From NCBI GenBank assembly GCA_035249725.1, contig DATFGD010000284.1, positions 1 to 41,424 on the forward strand: a stretch of 41,424 nt of DNA. The letters are read 5' to 3'. This document shows, one piece after another, positions 21,649-32,428 of the stretch. This stretch comes from Burkholderiales bacterium (GTDB lineage Bacteria; Pseudomonadota; Gammaproteobacteria; Burkholderiales; SG8-41). Under the pieces are notes generated by a model, which saw only the letters and a program-made list of their open reading frames with translations, searched no databases and was not told the DNA's origin. Each line of letters opens with the position of its first letter. Within the stretch, counting starts at the first letter, position 1. The position numbers and the translations under genes are program-made.

Positions 21649-22005
21649 ATGTCGAACGTGACGACGCAACAACTCGCGGAGATCCTGCTCGGTATCGCGC
21701 GTGCACAGAATGCAATCATCGATGCAATGGAAAACTCGAAGGCCGGATTCAAGGCGACGCATTTCCGGCCCACGCTCGAGGCTGCATCGCGCATACGCAG
21801 TAATCGCGCCGAATCGCTGGCCGATTTTCCCGCCCGGCTGCTGCTGCAGTTGCTCGGGCGCACGGGCCCCGATCTCGCGCAGGTTGTCGCGGACCTCGAA
21901 GCGATCGCTGCGCGCCCGGCCACGCCCACGTCAGCGCCCGAGGGCGGCGCGACGGGTTATGCGCCAGGCGTGGACCCCGCTTCGTTGGACGCGCAGCCTA
22001 CGTAG
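21649..22005 (+). CDS. hypothetical protein (118 aa), no recognised domain
   Basis: An AGGGGA RBS lies 6 nt upstream of the ATG. The N-terminal two-thirds look helical and the C-terminal tail is Pro/Ala-rich. The 3' end overlaps the convergent moeB by 8 nt. Confidence 0.45.
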   Translation: MSNVTTQQLAEILLGIARAQNAIIDAMENSKAGFKATHFRPTLEAASRIRSNRAESLADFPARLLLQLLGRTGPDLAQVVADLEAIAARPATPTSAPEGGATGYAPGVDPASLDAQPT

Positions 22006-22765
22006 AGGATTCAGCGCTGCGGTCAGCGCACACTGGGCAGGCGGAATCTTTGCGAAACCGGACCGTGCGCGTTTGCATGGTGAGTGCATCCAGCACGAGT
22101 AGCTGACCGACGAGCGTTTCTCCCGCGCCCGAGATGAGTTTCAGCGCCTCCGCGGCCTGTATCGAGCCGACGATACCCACAAGCGGCGCAAAGACGCCCA
22201 TCACTGCACAGCGCACGTCCTCGTTCTCCCCCGCCTCCGCAAACAGGCAGTGATAACACGGTGATGTACGATCGCGCAGATCGAATACCGCCACCTGCCC
22301 GTCGAAACGGAGGGCTGCGCCTGATACGAGCGGCTTGCGCGACTTGACGCACGCCCGGTTTACCGCGTGCCGGGTGGCGAAATTGTCGCAGCCGTCGATG
22401 ACGACATCGGCTTGCGAGACGAGCGGATCGAGCTGTTCACTGCCGACACGTTCTGGGAGTGCGGTCACGCGCACTTCCGGATTGATCTCAGCGAGCGTCG
22501 CGCGCGCCGAGTCCACCTTCTTTTTGCCGATCGCGCCTGTGCGATGCACGATCTGGCGCTGCAGATTGGTGAGATCGACATCGTCGCCGTCGCAGAGCGT
22601 GATGTGGCCCACGCCTGCCGAAGCGAGATAGAGCGCCACCGGGGACCCCAGTCCGCCGGCGCCGATCACCAGCGCGCGTGCGGCAAGCAGCTTTTCCTGT
22701 CCTTCGATACCGATCTCCGGAAGCAGGATATGCCGGCTGTAGCGCAGTAGCTGGTCGTCGTTCAT
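21998..22765 (-). CDS. moeB: molybdopterin-synthase adenylyltransferase / ThiF-MoeB family E1-like enzyme
   Basis: Begins LLRYSRHILLPEIGIEGQEKL and has the nucleotide loop GAGGLGS. Two CxxC pairs are present (CYHC, CPVC). Confidence 0.85.
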   Translation of the reverse strand: MNDDQLLRYSRHILLPEIGIEGQEKLLAARALVIGAGGLGSPVALYLASAGVGHITLCDGDDVDLTNLQRQIVHRTGAIGKKKVDSARATLAEINPEVRVTALPERVGSEQLDPLVSQADVVIDGCDNFATRHAVNRACVKSRKPLVSGAALRFDGQVAVFDLRDRTSPCYHCLFAEAGENEDVRCAVMGVFAPLVGIVGSIQAAEALKLISGAGETLVGQLLVLDALTMQTRTVRFRKDSACPVCADRSAESST

Positions 22766-22777
22766 ACGCTCAAAATG

Positions 22778-22802
22778 AAATGCCCGGCGGTGCCGGGCAT
22801 TT
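22778..22802 (-). terminator. rho-independent terminator downstream of ctpA
   Basis: Perfect 11-bp stem: aaatgcccggc-ggt-gccgggcattt. On the minus strand it is followed by CAUUUUG. It sits 12 nt upstream of the moeB start. Confidence 0.6.
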
Positions 22803-22829
22803 TCTTCGCTGCGCGCGGGCGCCGTCGCG

Positions 22830-24257
22830 CTAGTTCGCGCGGGCCAGCGTGCGGCTCTTCAGGAATGCGATCGCCTGGTTGAGCTCGTAATCGTTCTTCG
22901 ATACGATCTCGCCCGGCTCCGGCCGCGTTGCCTTGTCATCCAGATCCTTGGGGCGCGGTGCTGGCGTGAAGTCGTACTTCACCGCCGCCGCCTGTTTCTC
23001 GGCTTTCTCCTCGGCCTGCTCCTTTTCCTTGGTGATGTCCGTGAGATGCTTCGTCAGATCCGCTTCGCGCAGCCGCAGCCCCGCGGTCTTGTCCGTGGCC
23101 GAATCGTCGAGCGGGATGTCCGGCACGATGCCCTTGGCCTGGATCGAACGCCCGCTCGGCGTGTAGTAGCGCGCGGTCGTGAGCTTGATCGCCGTGTTGT
23201 TGCCGAGCGGCAATATGGTTTGCACCGAGCCTTTGCCGAACGTCGGCTGTCCCATGACGACCGCACGCCGGTGATCCTGCAGCGCGCCTGCGACGATCTC
23301 CGAAGCCGATGCCGAACCGCCGTTCACGAGTACCACCATCGGCACGTTCTTGGCTTCGGGCGGCAGCTTCTTGAGATAGTCGTCCTTGCTGCGCCCACGC
23401 AGGTAATTTTCGGGATTCGCGCTGAGTTTCATTTTCGAATCTTCCGTGCGGCCGTCGGTATAAACCACCAGCGCGCCGGGCGGAAGAAACGCGGCCGATA
23501 CCGCAACGGCGCTGTTGAGCAAACCGCCTGGATCGTTGCGCAGGTCCAGCACGATCCCCTTCATCGAGCCCTGGTTTTCCTTGACCAGCCGTGTGATCGA
23601 GGCAGCCAGGTTTTCTCCGGTATGCTCCTGGAACTGACTGACCCGGAAATAGGCATAGCCGGGCTCGAGCAGTTTCGCCTTGACGCTCTGCACTTTGATG
23701 ACCGCGCGCGTGATCGTCACCACGACGGGCTTGGTCTCGCCCTTGCGCACGATGGTCAGGGTGATCTGAGTATTCGGTTTGCCGCGCATGCGTTTCACCG
23801 CGTCGGTGAGCGTCATGCCTTTGACCGAAGCATCGTCGAGCTTGACGATGAGGTCACCCGCCTTGACTCCAGCGCGCGCGGCGGGCGTGTCATCGATCGG
23901 GGCGATGACTTTGACGAAGCCTTCCTCCATGCCCACTTCGATCCCAAGGCCGCCGAATTCGCCTTGGGTTCCGACCTGCAGCTCGCGGAACGCCTCCTGG
24001 TCGAGATAAGCGGAATGCGGATCGAGCCCCGTCAGCATGCCATTGATTGCCTGCGTGATGAGTCGCTTGTCTTCGACCGGCTCGACGTAATCGCTCTTCA
24101 CGCGCCCGAATACTTCGGTAAACGCACGCAGCTCCTCGATCGGCAGCGGCGCAAAGTTCGCGTCCTTCTGCGCAACGGCGGAAAAATTGAGGCTGATCGC
24201 GACCCCCATCAGGATGCCGAGCACGATCAGACCGATGTGATGCAGTTTGTTACGCAT
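22830..24257 (-). CDS. ctpA: carboxy-terminal processing protease (S41A, with PDZ domain), 475 aa
   Basis: Signal anchor MRNKLHHIGLIVLGILMGV, a PDZ region (GFVKVIAPIDDTPAARAGVKAGD) and the catalytic Ser motif GGSASASEI. Confidence 0.92.
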   Translation of the reverse strand: MRNKLHHIGLIVLGILMGVAISLNFSAVAQKDANFAPLPIEELRAFTEVFGRVKSDYVEPVEDKRLITQAINGMLTGLDPHSAYLDQEAFRELQVGTQGEFGGLGIEVGMEEGFVKVIAPIDDTPAARAGVKAGDLIVKLDDASVKGMTLTDAVKRMRGKPNTQITLTIVRKGETKPVVVTITRAVIKVQSVKAKLLEPGYAYFRVSQFQEHTGENLAASITRLVKENQGSMKGIVLDLRNDPGGLLNSAVAVSAAFLPPGALVVYTDGRTEDSKMKLSANPENYLRGRSKDDYLKKLPPEAKNVPMVVLVNGGSASASEIVAGALQDHRRAVVMGQPTFGKGSVQTILPLGNNTAIKLTTARYYTPSGRSIQAKGIVPDIPLDDSATDKTAGLRLREADLTKHLTDITKEKEQAEEKAEKQAAAVKYDFTPAPRPKDLDDKATRPEPGEIVSKNDYELNQAIAFLKSRTLARAN

Positions 24258-24295
24258 TGCGTGGCTCCTTCGCCCCACTTGTGACGCTTGTGCCT

Positions 24296-25483
24296 TCATT
24301 GAATGTCCACCCACCGCAGCGGGTCGAGCGGCCTGCCTTCGTGCCGCAACTCGAAGTATAAACCTGAATCCGCGTTACCGCCGCTATTGCCCACTGTGGC
24401 GACGGGGTCACCACCTCGAATCGCATCGCCTACGCGGCTGTACAGCGTTTCATTGTTGCCGTACAGGCTCATGTAAGCGCCGCCGTGGTCGATGATGAGT
24501 AGATTGCCGAAGCCGCGCAACCAGTCGGCAAAAACGACCCTGCCGGCTGCAATGGCGCGCACTTCCTCGCCGGCCCGCGCCGCGATGAACAATCCTTTCC
24601 AGGTGACTCCGCCTCCGGGTCGTGGACTGCCGAAACGGTTGCTGAGTTCCCCGCGCACCGGCAGCTTGAGCCGCCCTTTGAGCTGCTCGAAAGGGCCGCT
24701 GCTCGATGCGGCGTCCGGCACGCGCTCGTTGCGCACGCGCGGCGCGGCCGGTTTGCGGATGACGATGCGCCCGAGTTCCTCTATGAGCCGGGTGAGCCGG
24801 TTTTCATTGCGCTTCAGCGTGCCGATTTCACGCTGCTGCTGCCCGATCTGGCGCGAGATGCGAGCAAGGACTTTGCTGCGAGCGCTTTTTTCGTGTTCGA
24901 GGCGCTGTCGCTGCGCCGCCGCGTTCTCGGAGAGCGCAGCAAGTTCGGAAGCCTTGATTTCCGTTTCATGTGCCAGCGCGCGCAGCTGCGACAGGCTTTT
25001 ACGCAGCTCTTCGATGATGTCGGCGCGCGCACGTGTGATATAGCTCAAGTACTGCAGTGTGCGCGCGACGCGGTTGGGATCCTCCCCGCTCAGCAGCAGC
25101 CGCAGCGGCGCGCTGCGTCCCCCCACGTATTGCCGGTAGAGCAGGCCCTCGAGCAGGGCTTGCTGATGGCGCACGGCGCCTTCAGCGGCGCGTGTGCGGG
25201 CATGCAATTCGGCTTGCTGCCGGCTCAGTTCACGCGACTCAAGCGCAATTTCCCGCAGGCGGCGGTTCGCATCCGAAATGGCGAGTTCGGATGCCTTGAG
25301 CGCATCGGCTGCTTCGGTGCGGCTCGCTTCGGCGTCCCGCAGTTTCTCCTGCAGGGTTTGGATGCGGGCGCGCAGATCGCGCAGTTCATTGCGGGCGTCC
25401 GCCACGGCTGCAGCGTGCGCCGCCGGAGCGGCCGCGGCGGCGAGCAGCGCAAGCGACACGCGTGCGTAGCGGGCCAGCCTCAC
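24296..25483 (-). CDS. envC: murein hydrolase activator EnvC (coiled-coil plus M23/LytM domain)
   Basis: A signal peptide, a long Arg/Glu/Leu/Ala-rich coiled-coil region and a C-terminal LytM domain ([16 protein letters not shown]...GLYFELRH). It lies in the gpmI-envC-ctpA arrangement. Confidence 0.85.
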   Translation of the reverse strand: MRLARYARVSLALLAAAAAPAAHAAAVADARNELRDLRARIQTLQEKLRDAEASRTEAADALKASELAISDANRRLREIALESRELSRQQAELHARTRAAEGAVRHQQALLEGLLYRQYVGGRSAPLRLLLSGEDPNRVARTLQYLSYITRARADIIEELRKSLSQLRALAHETEIKASELAALSENAAAQRQRLEHEKSARSKVLARISRQIGQQQREIGTLKRNENRLTRLIEELGRIVIRKPAAPRVRNERVPDAASSSGPFEQLKGRLKLPVRGELSNRFGSPRPGGGVTWKGLFIAARAGEEVRAIAAGRVVFADWLRGFGNLLIIDHGGAYMSLYGNNETLYSRVGDAIRGGDPVATVGNSGGNADSGLYFELRHEGRPLDPLRWVDIQ

Positions 25484-27021
25484 GCGAAGCGTATCAGCGC
25501 CTTTCCGGTCATTTCCGCAGGCTGCTCGAGGCCCATCATGGCGAGCAGCGTAGGCGCGATGTCCTGCAGCGCCCCGCGCTCGACGATTCGGGCTTTACGC
25601 CCCACGTAGAGCAACGGCACGACATTCAATGTATGCGCGGTGTGCGGCTGGCCGGATTTGGGATCCCGCATGGTTTCCGCATTTCCGTGATCAGCGGTAA
25701 TCAGCACCTCACCGCCGGCCTCGCGCATCGCGGTCACTACCTGCCCGACGCATTCGTCGAGTACTTCGATCGCGCGCGTGGCTGCGGCCAGGTTGCCGGT
25801 GTGGCCGACCATGTCGCCATTGGCGTAGTTGCATACGATGGCATCGTAGTTGCGGCGCTTGATCGCATCGACCAGTTTTTGCGTGACTTCGTACGCGCTC
25901 ATCTCCGGCTTGAGATCGTATGTCGCGACCTTGGGCGAAGGTACCATGATGCGGTCCTCACCGGGATACGGCTTCTCGATGCCGCCGTTGAAGAAATACG
26001 TAACGTGCGCATACTTCTCGGTCTCCGCGATGCGCAGCTGCTTGAGCCCCAGCCGCGACACGTATTCGCCGAAGCCGTTGGCGACCGACTGCGGCGGAAA
26101 GGCGGCCGGAATGCGGCTGAAGTCCTCGCCATAGCACGTGAGCGTGCAGTAATAGCCGAGGCGGGGGACTGTCGCGCGCTCGAAGCCATTGAAATCCGGT
26201 TCGGTAAGCGCCCGCGTCAGCTGGCGCGCGCGGTCGGCGCGAAAATTCATGAATACCACCGCATCGCCATCGCTCATTCGCGCCGCTTCCCCGCCTTCCG
26301 GGGCGATTACTGTTGCTTTGACAAATTCGTCGGACTCGTCGCGCGCGTACGCCAGCTTCAAACCCGCCACGGCGCTCGGTGCTCGAAAGGCGGCCTCGCC
26401 TCGGGTGATGAGATCGTAAGCGGTTGCCACGCGTTCCCAGCGCTGGTCGCGGTCCATCGCGTAATAGCGCCCGCAAATCGAGGCGATGCGCGCATTTCCG
26501 AGGGTTTCGCACTTGCGCGTCAGCGCGGCGAGCGAAGCCTCGGCGCTTCTGGGCGGCGTGTCCCGGCCGTCGAGAAAGGCGTGTACGTAGACCTGCTTTG
26601 CGGCCCCGCGCGCCGCCAGGTCGAGCAGCGCGTGGATCTGCGACTCATGGCTGTGCACGCCGCCTGGCGAAACGAGTCCCAGTATGTGCAGCGCACGGCC
26701 GTTGTCGCGTGCGGTATCGACCGCCTTCGTGAGGACTGGATTTGCGAAAAACTCACCGTTCTCGATGGCAGCCTCGATGCGCGTGTAGTCCTGATAGACG
26801 ACGCGTCCCGCGCCCATATTCATGTGGCCCACTTCGGAGTTGCCCATCTGGTCCTTCGGCAGACCGACCCATTTTTCCGACGCGTCTATCGTGGCATGCG
26901 GATACGTCTCCCACAACACGTTCCAGTGCGGCTTGCGCGCCTGGCAGATCGCGTTGTCCTCACATTCCTCGCGATAGCCGAAGCCGTCGAGTACGATCAA
27001 AAGGACGGGCGTTACTTTCAT
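25480..27021 (-). CDS. gpmI: 2,3-bisphosphoglycerate-independent phosphoglycerate mutase
   Basis: Contains [23 protein letters not shown] and TADHGN. 513 aa. Confidence 0.96.
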   Translation of the reverse strand: MKVTPVLLIVLDGFGYREECEDNAICQARKPHWNVLWETYPHATIDASEKWVGLPKDQMGNSEVGHMNMGAGRVVYQDYTRIEAAIENGEFFANPVLTKAVDTARDNGRALHILGLVSPGGVHSHESQIHALLDLAARGAAKQVYVHAFLDGRDTPPRSAEASLAALTRKCETLGNARIASICGRYYAMDRDQRWERVATAYDLITRGEAAFRAPSAVAGLKLAYARDESDEFVKATVIAPEGGEAARMSDGDAVVFMNFRADRARQLTRALTEPDFNGFERATVPRLGYYCTLTCYGEDFSRIPAAFPPQSVANGFGEYVSRLGLKQLRIAETEKYAHVTYFFNGGIEKPYPGEDRIMVPSPKVATYDLKPEMSAYEVTQKLVDAIKRRNYDAIVCNYANGDMVGHTGNLAAATRAIEVLDECVGQVVTAMREAGGEVLITADHGNAETMRDPKSGQPHTAHTLNVVPLLYVGRKARIVERGALQDIAPTLLAMMGLEQPAEMTGKALIRFA

Positions 27022-27236
27022 GATTCGTCACGCGATTCGTTGTGAGTCACAGCGGGCGGCGAGTCGAGTATATAGTACGTCGCGATCGATCGCCTGTTGC
27101 TTTGAGCCGAAACTTGCGTGTGGCGTTCTGCGAGGCCTACACGATTTTGCCGGGCCGCGCCTCGTCCCGCCGCCGCTGCCCTCTGATAAAATAAGCGACC
27201 CCAAATTCGACACGCTCGTCTTCCTGGAGTCCAAGT

Positions 27237-27668
27237 TTGGAGCAGTTCCTGGCGTTTCTCGTCAAAAATCCCTTTCATCTGGTGCTCTTCGGCACGGCCG
27301 TGGTGACCGGCGGCATGCTGGTGTGGCCGCTTTTCAGCCGGCTGGTGCGCCCGGGCAACGACGTGGGACCGCTCGAAGCCGTGCAGCTCATCAATCGGCG
27401 CGACGCGGTCGTGATCGACGTGCGGGATGCGGCCGAATATGCCTCCGGCCATATCACTAATGCCCGGCACATACCCGAAAGCCAGCTCATCGAGCGGATG
27501 AAGGAGCTGGAGAAATTCAAGTCGCGTCCGCTCGTCGTGGCGTGCCGCGCGGGCACGCGCGCCGCAAGTGCCGCCGCGCTTATGCGCAAGCACGGGTTCG
27601 GTGAAGTCGTCCCGCTGCGCGGCGGTATCGCAGCATGGCAGCAAGCGGGCATGCCGCTCGAAAAATGA
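27237..27668 (+). CDS. membrane-anchored rhodanese-domain protein (YibN-like); TTG start
   Basis: An N-terminal transmembrane helix, a rhodanese fold and the active-site loop CRAGTR. The conserved yibN-grxC-secB-gpsA order is kept. Confidence 0.8.
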   Translation: MEQFLAFLVKNPFHLVLFGTAVVTGGMLVWPLFSRLVRPGNDVGPLEAVQLINRRDAVVIDVRDAAEYASGHITNARHIPESQLIERMKELEKFKSRPLVVACRAGTRAASAAALMRKHGFGEVVPLRGGIAAWQQAGMPLEK

Positions 27669-27931
27669 CGACCGTCGTGAGCATGTACTGTACCGCGGTG
27701 TGCCCTTATTGCCAGATGGCGGAACGCTTGCTGCGCGCGAAGGGGGTGGCAGCGATCGACAAGATCCGGGTGGATCTGGAACCCTCCCGGCGCGCGGAGA
27801 TGGTGAAGCGGACCGGCCGCCGTACCGTTCCGCAGATCTATATCGGCGATACGCATGTCGGCGGCTTCGACGAACTCGCCGCGCTCGATGCAGCCGGGCG
27901 GCTCGACCATCTGCTCACGTCGGCGGACTGA
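27665..27931 (+). CDS. grxC: glutaredoxin 3 (88 aa)
   Basis: CPYC active site, plus TVPQIYIGDTHVGGFDEL. The start overlaps the upstream stop (ATGA). Confidence 0.92.
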   Translation: MTTVVSMYCTAVCPYCQMAERLLRAKGVAAIDKIRVDLEPSRRAEMVKRTGRRTVPQIYIGDTHVGGFDELAALDAAGRLDHLLTSAD

Positions 27932-28101
27932 CTTTCCGCCGTTATTGATCCTCGTGCGAATAGTTGACAACCGTCTGCACCACAAATCGCCCGCGGAGGG
28001 CGGAGCAGGTTCCGTCGGCCGTGGCCGATGGATGCGACCTCGAAGCGGAATGCAGCGCCGAAGTACTGCCCGCGTGCTTATGTGCGCCTTCACGGTCGCA
28101 T

Positions 28102-28176
28102 CCCCACAAGTGGGGCCCCTGCTCCACGTTTCGGCGCACCCTCGCCCGCGACGCGGAAGAGGGGCGGGGGTGAGGG
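28102..28176 (+). repeat. intergenic GC-rich palindromic (REP-like) elements in the grxC-secB spacer
   Basis: Hairpin ccccac-aa-gtgggg at 28102-28115. Element CCCTCGCCC-N20-GGGTGAGGG at 28139-28176 has the same arms and the internal AGAGGGGC seen in the leuS in-frame element. Confidence 0.7.
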
Positions 28177-28230
28177 CAGAGCGGCGTCAGGCATTTCTAC
28201 GACGCTCGCTAATCCATTTCGGGACAGATC

Positions 28231-28692
28231 ATGAGTGAACCCCAGCAGCCCGCATTCGGCATCCAGAAGATCTACCTCAAGGACATGTCGCTCGAGATAC
28301 CGAACGCGCCGCAGATTTTTCTCGAACGCGACGCGCCGCAGGTCGACGTCAATCTGCACAATGAGGCACGGCCGCTGGGGCAACCCGGATTGTTCGAGGT
28401 CGTGCTCACCGTTACGGTCACGGCAAAGATCGACGACAAGACCGTCTTTCTGGTAGAGGCGGCACAGGCGGGCATTTTCGAGATCGTGAACGTGCCCACG
28501 TCCGAATTGGAAGCGGTGCTCGGCATCGTCTGCCCCAACACGCTCTTGCCGTATGCGCGGGAGGCTGTCGCGAGCACTGTCACGCGGGCCGGGTTCCCAC
28601 CTGTCGTGCTGCAGCACATGAGTTTCGAGACGATCTATCAGCAGCGCCAGGAGCAGTTGCGTGAGCAGCCGAGCGCACCACCGGCCCATTGA
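28231..28692 (+). CDS. secB: protein-export chaperone SecB
   Basis: Contains FGIQKIYLKDMSLEIPNAP, CPNTLLPYAREAV and FPPVVL. 153 aa. Confidence 0.95.
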   Translation: MSEPQQPAFGIQKIYLKDMSLEIPNAPQIFLERDAPQVDVNLHNEARPLGQPGLFEVVLTVTVTAKIDDKTVFLVEAAQAGIFEIVNVPTSELEAVLGIVCPNTLLPYAREAVASTVTRAGFPPVVLQHMSFETIYQQRQEQLREQPSAPPAH

Positions 28693-28698
28693 GGGCAC

Positions 28699-29157
28699 AT
28701 GACGACCGATCGTACGCGCCATGCTATCGTTGCAGCAGCCGCGGTGCTCTCGGTGCTCGCAGCGAGTACCGCGTGGGCGCAGTTCCGCTCCATCGGCGCG
28801 AACGCGGCGGTACTCTACGACGCGCCCTCGGACAAGGCGAGACGGCTTTACGTCGTGAACCGCGGTTATCCGCTCGAAGTCGTAGTCGTGCTCGAACGCT
28901 GGGTGAAAGTGCGCGATGCGAACGGCGAACTCACCTGGGTCGAAAGCAAGGCGCTGGCCGACCGGCGAACGGTGATGGTCAAGGTTCCGTTCGCGGCTGT
29001 GCGTCAGGCCCCTGACGATGCCTCCCCCGTCGTGTTCCAGGCCGAGCAGAACGTGATACTCGAGTTCGAGGATGCCGCGACGGGCGGATGGCTGCGGGTA
29101 AAGCACCGCGATGGGCAGGCCGGATACATCAAGGCTGCCGACGTGTGGGGCGCATAA
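28699..29157 (+). CDS. periplasmic bacterial SH3-domain protein
   Basis: A signal peptide (AAAAVLSVLAASTAWAQ) and two SH3b-like repeats (WVKVRDANGELTWV and WLRVKHRDGQAGYI). Confidence 0.65.
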   Translation: MTTDRTRHAIVAAAAVLSVLAASTAWAQFRSIGANAAVLYDAPSDKARRLYVVNRGYPLEVVVVLERWVKVRDANGELTWVESKALADRRTVMVKVPFAAVRQAPDDASPVVFQAEQNVILEFEDAATGGWLRVKHRDGQAGYIKAADVWGA

Positions 29158-29163
29158 CCGGCA

Positions 29164-30156
29164 ATGAAAATAGCGGTTCTTGGCGCGGGTGCCTGGGGTA
29201 CTGCGGTCGGCATCAGCCTTGCGCAACGCCATGAAATCGCGTTGTGGATGCGAAACGCCGCGTTGTGCGCGGAGATTCGTAACACGCACACCAATCACCG
29301 CTATTTGCCCGGCTTCGTTCTGCCTGACAATGTCGCTGTAGAAGATGAGCTGCGGGTTGCGATTTCGGGCGTGCGCCTGGTTCTCGCCGCCGTGACGAGC
29401 AACGGACTGCGTGAAACGCTCACGCGGTTGCAGGACGCGCGCTGTGCCGCGCCGGTTGTATGGCTCTGCAAGGGATTCGAGACCGAACAGGCGAAACTTC
29501 CGCATCAGGTTCACGCGGACGTGCTGGGCGCGGCTGCGCCGCACGGCGTACTTTCAGGCCCGAGCTTCGCCGAAGAGGTAGCGCGCGGGCTGCCTACCGC
29601 GCTTACCCTTGCTTCATCTGACGCGGAGTTCGCACGTGCAACGGCACGCGAATTGCACTCTCCTGCGTTGAGGGTGTACTCCGGCGGCGACGTGCCCGGC
29701 GTTGAGGTCGCGGGTGCAGTGAAGAACGTGATGGCGATTGCGGCGGGCATCTGTGACGGGCTCGCACTCGGCCTGAACGCGCGTGCGGCGCTCATCACGC
29801 GCGGACTGGCGGAAATGACGCGCCTCGGCGTGCGGCTCGGCGGGCGCGCCGAAACGTTCATGGGCCTCGCGGGCGTGGGCGATCTCGTCCTGACCTGCAC
29901 CGGGGACTTGTCGCGCAATCGCCGGGTGGGACTCAGTCTCGGACAGGGCAAGCCGCTCAACGCGATCCTGAATAATCTGGGCCACGTTGCCGAGGGCGTT
30001 TGCACCGCGCGCGCCATCATGCATCTTGCGTCCGAGCTGGGTGTCGACATGCCCATCACGCGCGGTGTTTGTCGCGTGCTCGAGGACCCCGCCGCCGCGA
30101 AACCCGCAGTGCAGGAACTGCTGCAGCGCGAACCCAAAGCGGAGTACTGGAACTGA
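29164..30156 (+). CDS. gpsA: NAD(P)H-dependent glycerol-3-phosphate dehydrogenase
   Basis: Begins MKIAVLGAGAWGTA and contains the GAVKNV and DLSRNRRVG motifs. Confidence 0.95.
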   Translation: MKIAVLGAGAWGTAVGISLAQRHEIALWMRNAALCAEIRNTHTNHRYLPGFVLPDNVAVEDELRVAISGVRLVLAAVTSNGLRETLTRLQDARCAAPVVWLCKGFETEQAKLPHQVHADVLGAAAPHGVLSGPSFAEEVARGLPTALTLASSDAEFARATARELHSPALRVYSGGDVPGVEVAGAVKNVMAIAAGICDGLALGLNARAALITRGLAEMTRLGVRLGGRAETFMGLAGVGDLVLTCTGDLSRNRRVGLSLGQGKPLNAILNNLGHVAEGVCTARAIMHLASELGVDMPITRGVCRVLEDPAAAKPAVQELLQREPKAEYWN

Positions 30157-30163
30157 CCCGGTT

Positions 30164-30634
30164 CTACTGTCCGTGCGGGAAGCCCAGCTGGCGCCACGCT
30201 TCGTAGACGATGACGGCCACCGCATTGGATAGATTGAGACTGCGACTGCCACTGCGCATCGGTAGCCGAATCTGCTGCTCCGGCGGAAACGCGGTGAGGA
30301 CCTCTGCCGGCAGACCACGGGTCTCCGGGCCGAATACGAAGACATCTTCCGGGCGGTATTCCGGTTGATGGTAGTGCTGCGCCGCGCGCGTGGTCACCGC
30401 GAACATGCGCCGGCCGCTCAATGACGCGCAGCACGCGCGCCAGTCCGCGTGCACGGTGAGCGCGGTCAGCGCTTGATAGTCCAGACCCGCGCGCTGCAGT
30501 TGCCGATCGCGGAGTGTGAAGCCCATGGGCTGCACGAGGTGCAGGCGCGCGCCGGTATTGGCGGCAATCCGTATTACATTTCCCGTATTGGGCGGGATCT
30601 CCGGTTCATACAGAACGATGTCGAGCACTGTCAA
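30164..30634 (-). CDS. trmL: tRNA (cytidine/uridine(34)-2'-O)-methyltransferase TrmL (SpoU/TrmH family)
   Basis: Contains [30 protein letters not shown] and [11 protein letters not shown]. 156 aa. Confidence 0.9.
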   Translation of the reverse strand: MTVLDIVLYEPEIPPNTGNVIRIAANTGARLHLVQPMGFTLRDRQLQRAGLDYQALTALTVHADWRACCASLSGRRMFAVTTRAAQHYHQPEYRPEDVFVFGPETRGLPAEVLTAFPPEQQIRLPMRSGSRSLNLSNAVAVIVYEAWRQLGFPHGQ

Positions 30635-31377
30635 AGCTTAACGCCGAACGCCTGGTCCTGCTTGAGCGCCCGCGCGACGACCCAGACCCGGATTTCCCGC
30701 GCCCCCGCGCGCCGGATATTCTTCGCCAGTTCGTCGAGTGTCGCGCCGGTCGTCATGACATCATCGACGATCGCCACCGTCCGGTCGCGCAAATCCGCGT
30801 CGCATACGAAAGCGCCACGAACGTTGCGCGCCCGCGCATTCCATGGCAGCGCCGCCTGTGCAGCGGTATCGACGACGCGACGGCAAGCATCCGTTGCGAT
30901 CGGTATTCCAGTCGCACGCGAAACGAAGCGCGCGATCTCCAGCGCCTGGTTGAATCCGCGCTCCCGCAGGCGCTGGACGGACAAGGGCATTGGAACGATT
31001 ACGTCCACGCCTTCTGCGGCCACTTCCTTAGCCAGCGCCTCTCCCAGAACGCGCGCCACGACGAGATCGCCGCCGTACTTCAATGCCTGCACCAGTGCGT
31101 TCAGCGGAAAACTGTAGCTGAAAACCGCCGACGTTCTGTCGTAACGAGGCCGGCGCGTAAGACATGCACCGCAAGCGCTGGCACCGATGACGGGCAGCGC
31201 GCACCCGCTGCATCGCGATGCCGGAAGGCGGGGCAGGGCTGCGTCGCATGCGGCGCACACCGGCTCGATGCCGCTGCGCGCGCGGCACAGCAGGCAGTAC
31301 TGCGGCAGCAGGGCACGCGCAAAAATTGCGCATCGGTTCAATAAGGCATGATGAAGATTTGACAAGCAAAAGCCCAT
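30631..31377 (-). CDS. comF: ComF family protein (phosphoribosyltransferase domain; GntX-like); start at 31377 inferred
   Basis: N-terminal Cys pairs (CLLCRA...CAAC, CSGC...CGAC) and a C-terminal PRTase motif ([13 protein letters not shown]). Confidence 0.8.
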   Translation of the reverse strand: MGFCLSNLHHALLNRCAIFARALLPQYCLLCRARSGIEPVCAACDAALPRLPASRCSGCALPVIGASACGACLTRRPRYDRTSAVFSYSFPLNALVQALKYGGDLVVARVLGEALAKEVAAEGVDVIVPMPLSVQRLRERGFNQALEIARFVSRATGIPIATDACRRVVDTAAQAALPWNARARNVRGAFVCDADLRDRTVAIVDDVMTTGATLDELAKNIRRAGAREIRVWVVARALKQDQAFGVKL

Positions 31378-31432
31378 TCGCGATGATGCGACGCGTTGCC
31401 ATCCCCCTTCGTTCGCCGAGGATTTCCGGTCC

Positions 31433-32428
31433 ATGGATGCATTGACGATTAACGATACCCAAGCCGATCTCGCTGACACGGGTTCAGGTTCGCAGCCGCG
31501 ATGGCCGGTTGCCGATGTGGAACGGCTCCATGAATTGCCGTTCAACGATCTCCTCTACCGTGCGCAATCCGTGCACCGTGCGCACTTCGATCCCAATGCC
31601 GTGCAGCTCTCGACGCTGCTTTCCATCAAGACGGGCGGCTGTCCGGAAGACTGCGGTTATTGCCCTCAGGCAGCGCGCTATCACACCGGCATCGAGAATC
31701 AGGATCTCCTGTCGCTCGATCAGGTGGTCGAGGCGGCACGCACAGCGAAGGAGAACGGCGCCACGCGCTTTTGCATGGGCGCGGCGTGGCGGGGACCGAA
31801 GGGCCGGGATCTGGCGCAGGTAATACCCATGGTGAAGGCGGTGCGCGCGCTGGGTATGGAAACCTGTGCGACGCTCGGACTGCTGAAGCCCGGACAGGCG
31901 GAAGCGCTCAAGGCAGCCGGACTCGACTACTACAACCACAATATCGATACCGACGCCGAGCGCTACGCCGGGATCATCACGACCCGAAGCCAGGACGATC
32001 GGCTCGACACGCTGGCCCGTGTGCGCGCGGTCGGCCTGCACGTGTGTTGCGGCGGCATTATCGGCATGGGGGAGTCGCGCCGCAGCCGGGCTGCGCTCAT
32101 CGCGCAACTGGCGAACATGGATCCTTATCCGGAGTCGGTGCCGATCAACAACCTGGTGCAGGTTGAAGGCACGCCGCTTTACGGCGCGGAGCGTCTCGAT
32201 CCGCTGGAGTTCGTCCGAACGATCGCCTGCGCACGCATTACGATGCCCAAAGCGATGGTGCGCCTGTCCGCGGGGCGCGAGGAAATGCCAGAGAGCGTTC
32301 AGGCGCTCTGCTTTCTCGCCGGAGCCAATTCGATTTTCTACGGTGACAGGCTGCTCACCACCGGCAACCCCGACGTCGAGCGCGACCAGGCGCTGTTCGC
32401 CAAGTTGGGGTTGCATACGATGGCATGA
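31433..32428 (+). CDS. bioB: biotin synthase
   Basis: Radical-SAM CPEDCGYC motif, plus YNHNIDT. 331 aa. Confidence 0.96.
   Translation: MDALTINDTQADLADTGSGSQPRWPVADVERLHELPFNDLLYRAQSVHRAHFDPNAVQLSTLLSIKTGGCPEDCGYCPQAARYHTGIENQDLLSLDQVVEAARTAKENGATRFCMGAAWRGPKGRDLAQVIPMVKAVRALGMETCATLGLLKPGQAEALKAAGLDYYNHNIDTDAERYAGIITTRSQDDRLDTLARVRAVGLHVCCGGIIGMGESRRSRAALIAQLANMDPYPESVPINNLVQVEGTPLYGAERLDPLEFVRTIACARITMPKAMVRLSAGREEMPESVQALCFLAGANSIFYGDRLLTTGNPDVERDQALFAKLGLHTMA

Noticed and set aside
27964-28173. A perfect TTGACA at 27964 and a 69-aa ORF in the grxC-secB spacer.
   Set aside because: No acceptable -10 hexamer lies 16-18 nt downstream. The ORF starts at TTG, has no RBS, runs through the palindromic repeats and has a non-protein-like composition.
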